From a virus, in IMG/VR virus record IMGVR_UViG_3300013126_000012, positions 95,587 through 159,586 of that record: DNA of 64,000 bases. One strand, written 5' to 3'. Below are positions 50,812-59,244 of the stretch, one piece after another; within the stretch, counting starts at the first letter, position 1; the number at the start of each line of letters is the position of its first letter. The notes under the pieces were generated by a model. The model made no database searches. It was given only the letters and a program-made list of their open reading frames with translations, and had not been told where the DNA came from. A program made the translations under genes and the position numbers.

Positions 50812-50874
50812 AACCTTAATTTTTTAATTTATACCTGAATATATGAATGAGATTTTAGTTATTTTAATCCTGAT

Positions 50875-51024
50875 CTAATCTCTATCAAATTCTTTTCTAA
50901 TCAATTCTCTACCTTTTTGGTATTGTCTATCAGTAATATTTCCAAATATTCTAAATGTTTCTAACATATCCATAGCCATCTTTTTGGTAGGAGCTGTTTC
51001 AATCATTTCTTTTATTTTTTTCAT
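50875..51024 (-). CDS. Hypothetical protein (49 aa)
   Basis: Hand-translated MKKIKEMIETAPTKK... Confidence 0.55.
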   Translation of the reverse strand: MKKIKEMIETAPTKKMAMDMLETFRIFGNITDRQYQKGRELIRKEFDRD

Positions 51025-51031
51025 AACCTAT

Positions 51032-51211
51032 TTATTTTGTAAATGTAATTTTATATTCAAAGTCCCAAGACTCTTTTACCTCAACTCGGTGACCCTGGAA
51101 TCGACCCAAGCTATAAACATAATCAATAAAGCTCATTCGGTCCTCCGGATGCGCTGCGGATTGGTATTTGTCGTACTCCGCCCTTAACTGTTTTTCTAAT
51201 TTTTTATTCAT
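51032..51211 (-). CDS. 59-aa protein, paralog of 50225-50404
   Basis: Start MNKKLEKQ behind AAGAGAG. Confidence 0.8.
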   Translation of the reverse strand: MNKKLEKQLRAEYDKYQSAAHPEDRMSFIDYVYSLGRFQGHRVEVKESWDFEYKITFTK

Positions 51212-51265
51212 CTCTCTTTTTAATTTATTTAAAGATAAGTAAAAATCCAATGCGATCCAAGCATT

Positions 51266-51670
51266 TTAGGAAAAAAGTTTGGAAAAAGTTTTGGCTGTCT
51301 TAAGAGGACCTTTAAAGTCATTTTCGCGTCCCCATATCTCGGCTAAGCCACTATGTCCACACTTAGGAATTACCGTATACATTACATTGCCTGTCTCGAT
51401 ATTGCATATACGAAAATCATCATACAATGGGCCATTCATCGGACAATTATTCTTAAAGAACACATAGTGCGTCAATAAATCAATTTGCGGGTTATGCCGG
51501 AGGAATGTCTTTACCTGCTTCATCAGCTTCCAGGATTTGTTTCGTAAACTGGAATCTTTGCAGAACCAATCATAAAAGTTATAACATGCATCGTTCTGTC
51601 CCTGTGAGTCAATAATTAAGCCGTTGGCTTGTGCATTCAATTGATCTGCTAAATTTGCTGTCTTTGTCAT
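51266..51670 (-). CDS. Early conserved phage hypothetical protein
   Basis: FYDWFCKD.SL, YVFFKNNCPMNGPLYDDFRI. Confidence 0.75.
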   Translation of the reverse strand: MTKTANLADQLNAQANGLIIDSQGQNDACYNFYDWFCKDSSLRNKSWKLMKQVKTFLRHNPQIDLLTHYVFFKNNCPMNGPLYDDFRICNIETGNVMYTVIPKCGHSGLAEIWGRENDFKGPLKTAKTFSKLFS

Positions 51671-51761
51671 ATATCTCTCTTTTTAATTTATATAAAGATA
51701 AGGAATAAATCAATGCGATCCAAATCTTTTGCAAGAAAAGTTACAGAAAAGTTTGCTGGCT

Positions 51762-52124
51762 CTAAAAGCCAACAAACCCTACTTTGAGTGGTAACTCTAA
51801 TTCTTCTGCTATATCCTTTAAGCGCTAATAAGGAGCATATTCTATTTCTTCTTCAACGCGTCTGGCAACATCTGCTACGCTAAATCCATGGCCGAATCCA
51901 TAACACAATACAGCCTTTTGAATTTTAATCATCTCCGGCAATGCATAATCCAACCATTCCGAATCAGATCCAAACATTTCTACATCCATATCGCATGCAG
52001 CGGTCCACATTTCAAACACTTTTACTTTAACGGCTTCGGCAACCTGATCATTGTGGTCATACATTGCCTTGCTCCAAGGCTTAACAATCTCAATTCCGTA
52101 CTGGACTTTTTTTGCTTTTTTCAT
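51762..52124 (-). CDS. Early protein with probable internal amber codon (51825-51827)
   Basis: Frame continues RLKDIAEELELPLKVGFVGF to TAG at 51762. Confidence 0.55.
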
Positions 52125-52205
52125 TTTTCTCTCTTTTTAATTTATATAAAGATAAGTAAAAGATCAATGCGATCCAAATCTTTTAGCAACTTTTTTTACT
52201 TTTTT

Positions 52206-52394
52206 TTAAACTTTTTTTATCAAAGCCGTTATTTGAAAATTACCGCGAGGCAAATCCAACCGATGCATTAACCCGGCAATTGCACGATTCTCCGTTGTGA
52301 CATTGTCTACATTTGGTTGATATGGGAATTGGTGCGTTGCATTGTTTTGTACATCCAACACTATAAACCCGGCATACATTTTGTTAATCTTCAT
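52206..52394 (-). CDS. Early hypothetical protein
   Basis: First gene of module; promoter at about 52434. Confidence 0.65.
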   Translation of the reverse strand: MKINKMYAGFIVLDVQNNATHQFPYQPNVDNVTTENRAIAGLMHRLDLPRGNFQITALIKKV

Positions 52395-52480
52395 ATCTCT
52401 TAATTTTATACTATAAAGATAAGTAAAAATCCAATGCGATCCAACCGTTTCTGCAGAAATGTTTCAAAAAAGTTATTCAC

Positions 52481-52692
52481 AAAAAAAGGGCGACCGAAGC
52501 CGCCCGTGGTACACGCCTGGGAATAAGAGAGAGAAACCCGTTGGTCGTGTTACCCAATATGCGGCGGGATCGAGGTGTTGGCGCCTAGGCCCACGTGGTA
52601 CCAAGTGTGAAGGTCGATCCAACGAATCGATCCCTTCGTTAACGATCCGCCGGGTGCGTCTGGTAGGAGCACATTGTTCCCGGACCCCGTCG
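52481..52692 (-). ncRNA. Candidate structured RNA with anti-leader segment
   Basis: GC-rich non-coding tract, nested stems, ends in GGGCGGC-TTCG-GTCGCCC-T7 terminator. Confidence 0.55.
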
Positions 52693-52776
52693 TTATTTTC
52701 TTCTACGTTCGCGGATTACGATCGCCGCAATCAATCCTAACAATGCCGCCATCCATACTATAAACAATATCATCAT
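52693..52776 (-). CDS. 27-aa membrane peptide
   Basis: MMILFIVWMAALLGLIAAIVIRERRRK; TTGGA...TATTAT promoter at 52796-52823. Confidence 0.6.
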   Translation of the reverse strand: MMILFIVWMAALLGLIAAIVIRERRRK

Positions 52777-52875
52777 CTTTCTAATTACTCTTATATAATA
52801 TGAAATACGCGCGCAACATCCAACCGAAAAGTAAAAAAAGTTTACGCTGTATAGCTAGCAAACCGAACGAAACCG

Positions 52876-53193
52876 GGTCTAAAACCTGGTTTTGGTCTAA
52901 AAATAGGACACCACTCGGACTAAAAATCAAACCGCTTTTGCTCTAAAAATGGCCTAAAAATAGGGCATATTGGTCTAAAAATAGCGGGAGGGTGCGGATA
53001 TTGCTCTAAAAATAAAGCATTCAGATCACTAGCTATAACGACACGCTGATATGGACTAAAAATAGACATGGTACGAGATCTCGTATATATAGAGCGCACA
53101 TTGGACTAAAAATAACCTTCACTCGGACTAAAAATAAACCAGGGAGATACGGGGCACGTGATCTAAAAATTGCGCATATCGGTCTAAAAATAG
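52876..53193. repeat. Array of 12 CTAAAA(AT) direct repeats
   Basis: Copies start at 52879, 52897, 52920, 52943, 52954, 52975, 53006, 53056, 53106, 53128, 53163, 53184. Confidence 0.9.
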
Positions 53194-53642
53194 GTGATCC
53201 ATGATCGCGGCTCATACAGTTCGTTTAAGAACATTGTAGCCCTTTTGGAGTCTAGATACCAGGTAAACCACAATAAAGACGCTATGCCCCGCCAAAACAA
53301 GTAGGACCGGCAGGGAGATATCTAATCTACCTTGCTGGATGCTACTACACACTAAAACTACAATTCATTCTGGATATGCGTCTATGAATATTACGTGTAC
53401 CATTCTAAAAATAACAAGGGGGCGGGAGCCATACTAGACTCTGTAACCAATTTGCATGAACTAGTAACGTATGTGGGAAACCCTGGGTACGAGGGGACTT
53501 ATGTACTTGTATGCATATATACATGTATCTCTTATTGCATACTCGTCTTTTATACTTGTATATGCTTTCTTCGTATATTAATTATTCTTCTTCAGTATCC
53601 GTAAACATTGCATTCCTACAGATACTAATTAGTCCAGACGCC

Positions 53643-53675
53643 CAGTAAAAAAGTGCCTACCGTAGCAGACACTTT
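53643..53675 (-). terminator. Intrinsic terminator (family with 42813-42843 and 54961-54994)
   Basis: AAAGTGTC...GGCACTTTTTTACTG. Confidence 0.7.
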
Positions 53676-53692
53676 GAATTCAATTGATAACA

Positions 53693-54943
53693 TTATGCTA
53701 AATTAGATTTGCCTTTGTTGTTTGTAGTATTCGTATCGTTTTTTGCTAACATGTTGATTCGATTAAGCATTGTATTAAGGTCTGGGAAATTATTGAGTGC
53801 CCAACAAGCTAATATCCAATATATATCAGTATGAATTTTTTTTTCTTCTATATAGGGTTTCAACATTGCAACTGTAATATTCTGGCCGGGTTTTAATTTA
53901 AAATGATTACGTACTGCCATTATATTAGACATTTTTTCAGTTGCTCTACATGTATATCCAGGATCTCCTTTGCGACCTGTTAAAGCCCGCTCGCGCCATG
54001 AAATTAACTGATCAGGTGTCGTATCTAATCTTAATGAAGTTATAACAGATTTTGCTTTCAATATATTGGCATTTAACTTTTTATTAGCTGACGAAACTAT
54101 AGTAGCTTTTATGTTATCTGATGTGTCTCGTTTTGTATTTTTTCTAACAAATGCATTTGTTATTTTCTTTTCTGGATTAAGTGGTTTGATAGCATATATG
54201 ATATGTTGTATTTCATGAACTAATGTATCATATTTTGCTGGATCATCAAGTTCTAAATTAACATTTATTACAGTAGATATTCCAACGATTGGGTTGTCTA
54301 CGTATGCATATGCAGTATCCAATCCCGATATAGTGGCAGTAGAATCATAAAATTTAATATACAACTTATCTAACGTATCAAAATATTTTGGCCACACCGT
54401 TTGTATCGATTGAAACTTGCTAGGTAAATACCACGTGTCCCAATTTTGTTGAACTCGTTGTTTTGTTATTGGATCTGACAGCCATGATTTCCAAAAAGCA
54501 ACTGCTTTAGGTAATTCAGTTAACCATTGTTTTTTACGAATATAACGTTCTTTTTTTATTGTTACCGGTTCCATCAAATTCAGTTTAAACTCTTTAAATT
54601 CGGTACCGATAATCTTTTTACTAGTGATATTTTGTGATGCAATACCTATATTGCGTAATGATGCTACTATTTTTTGTACATCAGCAAGATTAAATCGATC
54701 ATATTCTGCATTGATCATCGATGTGAATGTAGTATATCCAGTTTTATTATCTTTAAATTTCAATATGTATTCCAGAAACTCATCTCTGTTACGTAGCAGT
54801 TTGATTGCAGCCAGTACTGCATCCACGTCGGTACCTAATCCTTTAACTGCAGTAACAGTTTGATTATATGCACGTTGTACGCGTTTTTTATCTGTTTGCT
54901 CTTGTAGTGATTGAGCTAACAAAAATTTAAGTTTTATACCCAC
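53693..54943 (-). CDS. Late protein with HExxH metallopeptidase-like motif
   Basis: TLVHEIQH; annexin-repeat-like KGLGTDVDAV; leader IKLKFLL...LQE. Confidence 0.65.
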   Translation of the reverse strand: MGIKLKFLLAQSLQEQTDKKRVQRAYNQTVTAVKGLGTDVDAVLAAIKLLRNRDEFLEYILKFKDNKTGYTTFTSMINAEYDRFNLADVQKIVASLRNIGIASQNITSKKIIGTEFKEFKLNLMEPVTIKKERYIRKKQWLTELPKAVAFWKSWLSDPITKQRVQQNWDTWYLPSKFQSIQTVWPKYFDTLDKLYIKFYDSTATISGLDTAYAYVDNPIVGISTVINVNLELDDPAKYDTLVHEIQHIIYAIKPLNPEKKITNAFVRKNTKRDTSDNIKATIVSSANKKLNANILKAKSVITSLRLDTTPDQLISWRERALTGRKGDPGYTCRATEKMSNIMAVRNHFKLKPGQNITVAMLKPYIEEKKIHTDIYWILACWALNNFPDLNTMLNRINMLAKNDTNTTNNKGKSNLA

Positions 54944-55003
54944 AATAATAAATATTCATACAGTAAAAAAGTGCCAACGTGATGCTGACACTTTAATTTG
55001 ATT

Positions 55004-55390
55004 TTATCCTTTAATTTTTTGTACTATCTGCATAAGATAATTGTAACGGAACTTTGAATCATCATATGGTCCAACCAATCCTTTAAATTTGCGAATATTT
55101 GCTTCAAGTTTAGATACTTTATCAATTACTGTATCCGTTGTTGCGGGCACTCGTTGAATGCGATTAATAGCTTGGCTAATCGATTTGTCCCATTCTTTCG
55201 CTTGCATCTTAGGTGTGATGCGTTCGAAGTCTTTATATTCATTATCAAGACTAAAGTTAAATCCACCTATTTCGCGCGCGGAGCTACTCGCAGTTCCACC
55301 AAACACTGGATCTTTCATTACCTGATACGTATCTGGACCCAAGTCTTTGAAGTTTCCTTGTTCTAATAAAATCTTGTGTAAACGTATCAT
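55004..55390 (-). CDS. Late protein with leader
   Basis: MIRLHKILLE; late motif 55417. Confidence 0.7.
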   Translation of the reverse strand: MIRLHKILLEQGNFKDLGPDTYQVMKDPVFGGTASSSAREIGGFNFSLDNEYKDFERITPKMQAKEWDKSISQAINRIQRVPATTDTVIDKVSKLEANIRKFKGLVGPYDDSKFRYNYLMQIVQKIKG

Positions 55391-55437
55391 AATTTATATT
55401 CCTTATCTATATGATAATAAATATGGTGCTACGTAGA

Positions 55438-55848
55438 TTACCGCGTTACAATTTCATAACCCGATTCGTCTTGCAATGGAATAAACTTTGTAACCATTTT
55501 GCCTTTGAAGCTTTCATGAAACCATCCCATGTCCTGGCCTGCTGCAATGTAAGGTCCTCCTGATGGATCTACCATATCAATGGATTCGGTATCACTGTAT
55601 ACTAAATGCATATACTTTTTTGCAAACTCTGTCCATGTGCTTGCTTCCGTGTCCCATTCGTGTACACGCGTCTTGAATACTAATTCACTATCCGTACCAC
55701 CATCGGCTACATACTTAGCGTATGCATCTTTGTATACATTGGGCCAACCACAGCGATGCCATTCAAAGTTTCCGGTCCATTTAATGTTACCATTTGGTTG
55801 CAATTCAAAATGGTAATCTTCTCCGTATCTGTTTGTGTAGTTTATCAT
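55438..55848 (-). CDS. Conserved phage hypothetical protein
   Basis: NRYG...MVDPSGGPYI. Confidence 0.7.
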   Translation of the reverse strand: MINYTNRYGEDYHFELQPNGNIKWTGNFEWHRCGWPNVYKDAYAKYVADGGTDSELVFKTRVHEWDTEASTWTEFAKKYMHLVYSDTESIDMVDPSGGPYIAAGQDMGWFHESFKGKMVTKFIPLQDESGYEIVTR

Positions 55849-55855
55849 ATTATTC

Positions 55856-56206
55856 TCAATTTAATTGTTTTGCTTGATCAACATGTTTGCAACGCTTCCT
55901 AAACCCAAAGCCGGAGCATGTACATGACCATTGCTTAAAGCGAACGGTAACGGTGTATGCAGTACCCGTTGAGCCTTTAATTGTGAATTGTTTACGATCC
56001 GTTGGAATGTCACGTTGCTTTGCTTGATAGCGAACCCATATATGAGATGCATCTTCGTAAGTAACATTTTCAGCAATGCGTATGCTACCGCCTTCGGCAT
56101 CGTGAAACAACATGGTGCGACCTGATAACAAATTTGCAATTACTGGCGCATACAAGGAAGGTCCTCTACGCATTGCTCTAACTTCTTGCTTGGTGTATAC
56201 TTTCAT
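55856..56206 (-). CDS. SWIM zinc-finger protein
   Basis: YTV...WSCTCSGFGFRKRCKH. Confidence 0.8.
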   Translation of the reverse strand: MKVYTKQEVRAMRRGPSLYAPVIANLLSGRTMLFHDAEGGSIRIAENVTYEDASHIWVRYQAKQRDIPTDRKQFTIKGSTGTAYTVTVRFKQWSCTCSGFGFRKRCKHVDQAKQLN

Positions 56207-56252
56207 TCTGCTTATCTTATAACATTAATATAAGAAAACAATTTCAAAAATC

Positions 56253-56735
56253 CTAATTGTTACGATACTTTTTTCTCAAAATGATATCATAGTAATCGGT
56301 TCGAGTCTCCATTACTCCATCTTTGCTTTTGATCCATACGCATGGAAACTCTTCGCGACATTGTGCTATGCGTTCTGTTTTCGATTTGGTTTTATCAGTA
56401 AATAATTCATAATACAACCAACATTCCCAATAATGATCTTGTTCTGGAGCTTTCCATATTACGGCTATTTGATATCCAAAGAATACAAATGACCAAATAG
56501 GAGCCCATTCAAAACGTATATCTTTTGATGTCCATTTCGATTTCCATCCCAATCCAACAAAATCAAATCCAATTCGTTTAGGAACAAATTTCATCTGACC
56601 CGGTTTATCGGGATCGTTAACGACTTTACGTGGATAAAAGTACGGTGTTCCTATAGCAGTTTTTCCAATGTAAACGTTAGGTCGTATAGGACGAAATGGT
56701 GACCATATGGTCTTAAGGTAACTAAATGTTTTCAT
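56253..56735 (-). CDS. Hypothetical protein
   Basis: Start moved to MKTFSYLK. Confidence 0.65.
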   Translation of the reverse strand: MKTFSYLKTIWSPFRPIRPNVYIGKTAIGTPYFYPRKVVNDPDKPGQMKFVPKRIGFDFVGLGWKSKWTSKDIRFEWAPIWSFVFFGYQIAVIWKAPEQDHYWECWLYYELFTDKTKSKTERIAQCREEFPCVWIKSKDGVMETRTDYYDIILRKKYRNN

Positions 56736-57081
56736 TGATTCTAAATAATTCGTAAACGCTATTGGTTGTTTTAAATTTAACGTAATCATCCCGTTGTTCC
56801 ATGATCTCGGTAACAACTGTAGTTTGCCATGTAAAGAAATCATTAAATGGGGACATGATAAGTGAGCGACCAATATCTGGACTTGTATGCTTTGCTTTAA
56901 GCCGACCTTCAAAATTCCATTCAAGCCACATCACTTCTTTAGATTGATTAGTTAATCCATCTCGTTCTCTAACAAGTTTCCAATTGAATTCGTTTTCAAT
57001 AACTCCTTGTTCGAGTGCAATCTTCAATACATTATCTTCCGTTAATGTCATTGGTATTTTGTCTTGTTTAATTTTGCTCAT
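56722..57081 (-). CDS. Hypothetical protein
   Basis: FTWQTT.VTEI...FKTTNSVYEL. Confidence 0.7.
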   Translation of the reverse strand: MSKIKQDKIPMTLTEDNVLKIALEQGVIENEFNWKLVRERDGLTNQSKEVMWLEWNFEGRLKAKHTSPDIGRSLIMSPFNDFFTWQTTVVTEIMEQRDDYVKFKTTNSVYELFRINENI

Positions 57082-57379
57082 CTTTAATCTTGTTACGTAA
57101 AGAATCGCTAAACTTCAAACCCCACATCAAACTTATCATGGCCATTTCGCGTTCTGCCCAGCGAGCTGGCAATCTAAGATTCTTTTGTAAATACTTCTTG
57201 CCCCATGCTTGCCAGCAATCATTTTGTTCTACTGTCATCGTCCATTCTTGGAACCAGTTATCCTTTCGATCCTTTATGTCATCATAGGTTACTTCATGCC
57301 CAGCAATGCGGAACATTTCGTTAATCATATCGACAAGCATCTTTTCTTGTTTTTCTCGTCTTGTTAATCTCTTTGCCAT
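57068..57379 (-). CDS. Hypothetical protein
   Basis: 103 aa coupled ORF. Confidence 0.7.
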   Translation of the reverse strand: MAKRLTRREKQEKMLVDMINEMFRIAGHEVTYDDIKDRKDNWFQEWTMTVEQNDCWQAWGKKYLQKNLRLPARWAEREMAMISLMWGLKFSDSLRNKIKDEQN

Positions 57380-57555
57380 TTTTCTTGTTTTAATAATGCA
57401 TTTTCAGCTATCTTGATATGTCGTTCTAACATTTCAATATGTTTATCTCGTTTTTCAATGTCCGATTTAAATCCTTCGATTACCTGTTGCAATTCAACAA
57501 TCATTGCTCTTAAATCATCTAAATACGTTGTAATTTGTTGCATCGGATCTTTCAT
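57364..57555 (-). CDS. Small coiled-coil protein
   Basis: Heptad pattern. Confidence 0.6.
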   Translation of the reverse strand: MKDPMQQITTYLDDLRAMIVELQQVIEGFKSDIEKRDKHIEMLERHIKIAENALLKQEKWQRD

Positions 57556-57589
57556 AACTTATAATATAAAATTTATAATACATTTCCAA

Positions 57590-58105
57590 TCAATCCCACC
57601 ATGTTTTTATTCCGCTACCATCAAACCAAGTCTCATATTCATCATGATAATTTTTTAACGTTAACTTTTCATGCATCATTTGAAATTCTACATAACGTTG
57701 ACCTTGCAGTGTTCGCCATAACTCCGTCCAATCTGCTTCTGCCATTTTTTCTGCCAAATCTATGATTTTACGTAGTTTGTCTACATGATATTCTATTGCA
57801 AGGTCAAATTCTACCGTCTCGCCTAATTCGGCTTCGGCTAATGCAAAGTAATCATCTGCATGTATACGATCTATCAAATCAATGCAACGTTGAATCTTAG
57901 CAACCTTTTTGAGACGAGTTACTTCAACTTCACTGCCCGTTTGAATTGCATCGCGTAATGGTATGAGTGATGCTCTCCAAAGCTGTAACTGATACGCATA
58001 ATCATATGGTTTGAATCTCCATATGACACGCCAAAACGTTTTGATGTTTTTGCATCCTTGTTTGAAATCAAACCACCACCACCTTAAACTTCTTACAGAC
58101 CACAT
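57590..58105 (-). CDS. Hypothetical protein
   Basis: 171 aa, ends GIKTWWD. Confidence 0.7.
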   Translation of the reverse strand: MWSVRSLRWWWFDFKQGCKNIKTFWRVIWRFKPYDYAYQLQLWRASLIPLRDAIQTGSEVEVTRLKKVAKIQRCIDLIDRIHADDYFALAEAELGETVEFDLAIEYHVDKLRKIIDLAEKMAEADWTELWRTLQGQRYVEFQMMHEKLTLKNYHDEYETWFDGSGIKTWWD

Positions 58106-58308
58106 CCTTCTATCTCAATTGGTTGTTGTGTTGTATCAGGACGATATGGATCTTGTTGTTCAAACAACATGTCTCGAAGCATTCTGTTTTCATTTTCCAA
58201 ATGCTTACAAGTTTCAAATCGTTTCATCAAATTCATAGCTACTACGTATCCCATTATGCATCCAATACACGTACCTACTATTGCTGCATATAATTTACTC
58301 CGCTCCAT
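58093..58308 (-). CDS. Small membrane protein
   Basis: N-terminal TM helix. Confidence 0.55.
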   Translation of the reverse strand: MERSKLYAAIVGTCIGCIMGYVVAMNLMKRFETCKHLENENRMLRDMLFEQQDPYRPDTTQQPIEIEGCGL

Positions 58309-58558
58309 TTTCTACATCTTTTTGTTTTGATAATTCATATTCATATCGTTCTGCAATCAACTTGCGTTGCGTACTGCTACGTTCCGATGTTTTGTCTTGA
58401 ACCATATCATATTCTTGTTTCAAAGTATCCATATCCATTCTGGCTATTTCGCGTACTGACGGAGGAAGATAATCAGTTGGGTCAATACTTTTCATAAATT
58501 GTTGCAAGAACTGATTGTATTGTTCTTGTTCTTCGGGCGTTAAATTTTCTAAATTCAT
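58295..58558 (-). CDS. Hypothetical protein
   Basis: 87 aa ORF. Confidence 0.6.
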   Translation of the reverse strand: MNLENLTPEEQEQYNQFLQQFMKSIDPTDYLPPSVREIARMDMDTLKQEYDMVQDKTSERSSTQRKLIAERYEYELSKQKDVENGAE

Positions 58559-58827
58559 ATTATGATACTATATTAATTAATAACCAAATTGCACATGACC
58601 ATCCTGCCGTTCCTACGAACAACATGGATTCTGTAAACAAATCTGGTTGTGGTTCCTCTAATCCTTTTATCAATCTAATCACACAGGCTAACGCCAATGG
58701 AATTCCAAAAAATGCTAATGTCATATCTCTTATTTTTTAATGTTACCAAAGCAATCCAAACCGGCTTTCCAATTTATAATCCAGTTAATACAGCCTCTGT
58801 TTAACCAATACTTTTTTTGTTCTTTTG

Positions 58828-59181
58828 TCATATTCTCTTATTTTTATTGTTACACGTTTTACTCAAAAAATCGTTAAGTGAATGTCCGCATACACATGAT
58901 TGCGAAGACACATCAAACTTACAACCTGGCTTTGATATTTTTTTATCTGATAAGAATGCACCAACTTCCGATTGCAATGAATGCGTATTAACGGGAACTG
59001 CATCTATAGGCCCATCATACTTAGTTACGCTACCATCGGCATGAATTGTCATTGAAATATTTAATTTTCTTGGTTCTGGTTTAGACCGATTAAATACTAG
59101 ATCAAACTCGCCATTATTAGTTTCAAATAAAAATTTTCGTACTTTGTTTGTCGCCGTAACAATAAATTGTAATCGTTTCAT
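58828..59181 (-). CDS. Hypothetical protein with C-terminal Cys cluster
   Basis: C...CVCG...C; TTGGA/TATTAT promoter upstream. Confidence 0.6.
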   Translation of the reverse strand: MKRLQFIVTATNKVRKFLFETNNGEFDLVFNRSKPEPRKLNISMTIHADGSVTKYDGPIDAVPVNTHSLQSEVGAFLSDKKISKPGCKFDVSSQSCVCGHSLNDFLSKTCNNKNKRI

Positions 59182-59244
59182 AACTCTTTTTCTATAATAT
59201 AGAAAAGAATCAACGATAATCCAACCGATACGGAAGAAACTTTG

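Larger units (their letters stand above)
45400..52475 (-). promoter_or_regulatory. Family of about 13 repeated early promoter/leader elements
   Basis: ATGCGATCC (+ strand) at 46527, 47655, 47951, 48797, 49994, 51250, 51713, 52167, 52434; variants near 45450 and 46885; second subtype near 48425 and 49705. Confidence 0.85.

Noticed and set aside
45400-52400. AAGAGAG as an ordinary Shine-Dalgarno
   Set aside because: Often 0-4 nt from ATG, too close for canonical SD spacing, and Bacteroidota rarely use SD; function left open
52562-52652. tRNA (cloverleaf-like fold)
   Set aside because: No TTCRA T-loop, D-loop GG pattern or 7-nt anticodon loop on either strand
52459-52740. 93-aa plus-strand ORF
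   Set aside because: Runs antisense through a minus-strand terminator and peptide gene; composition reflects GC-rich structured sequence
52876-53193. CRISPR array
   Set aside because: Repeat is only 8-11 bp, spacing is irregular (11-50 bp) and no cas genes are present
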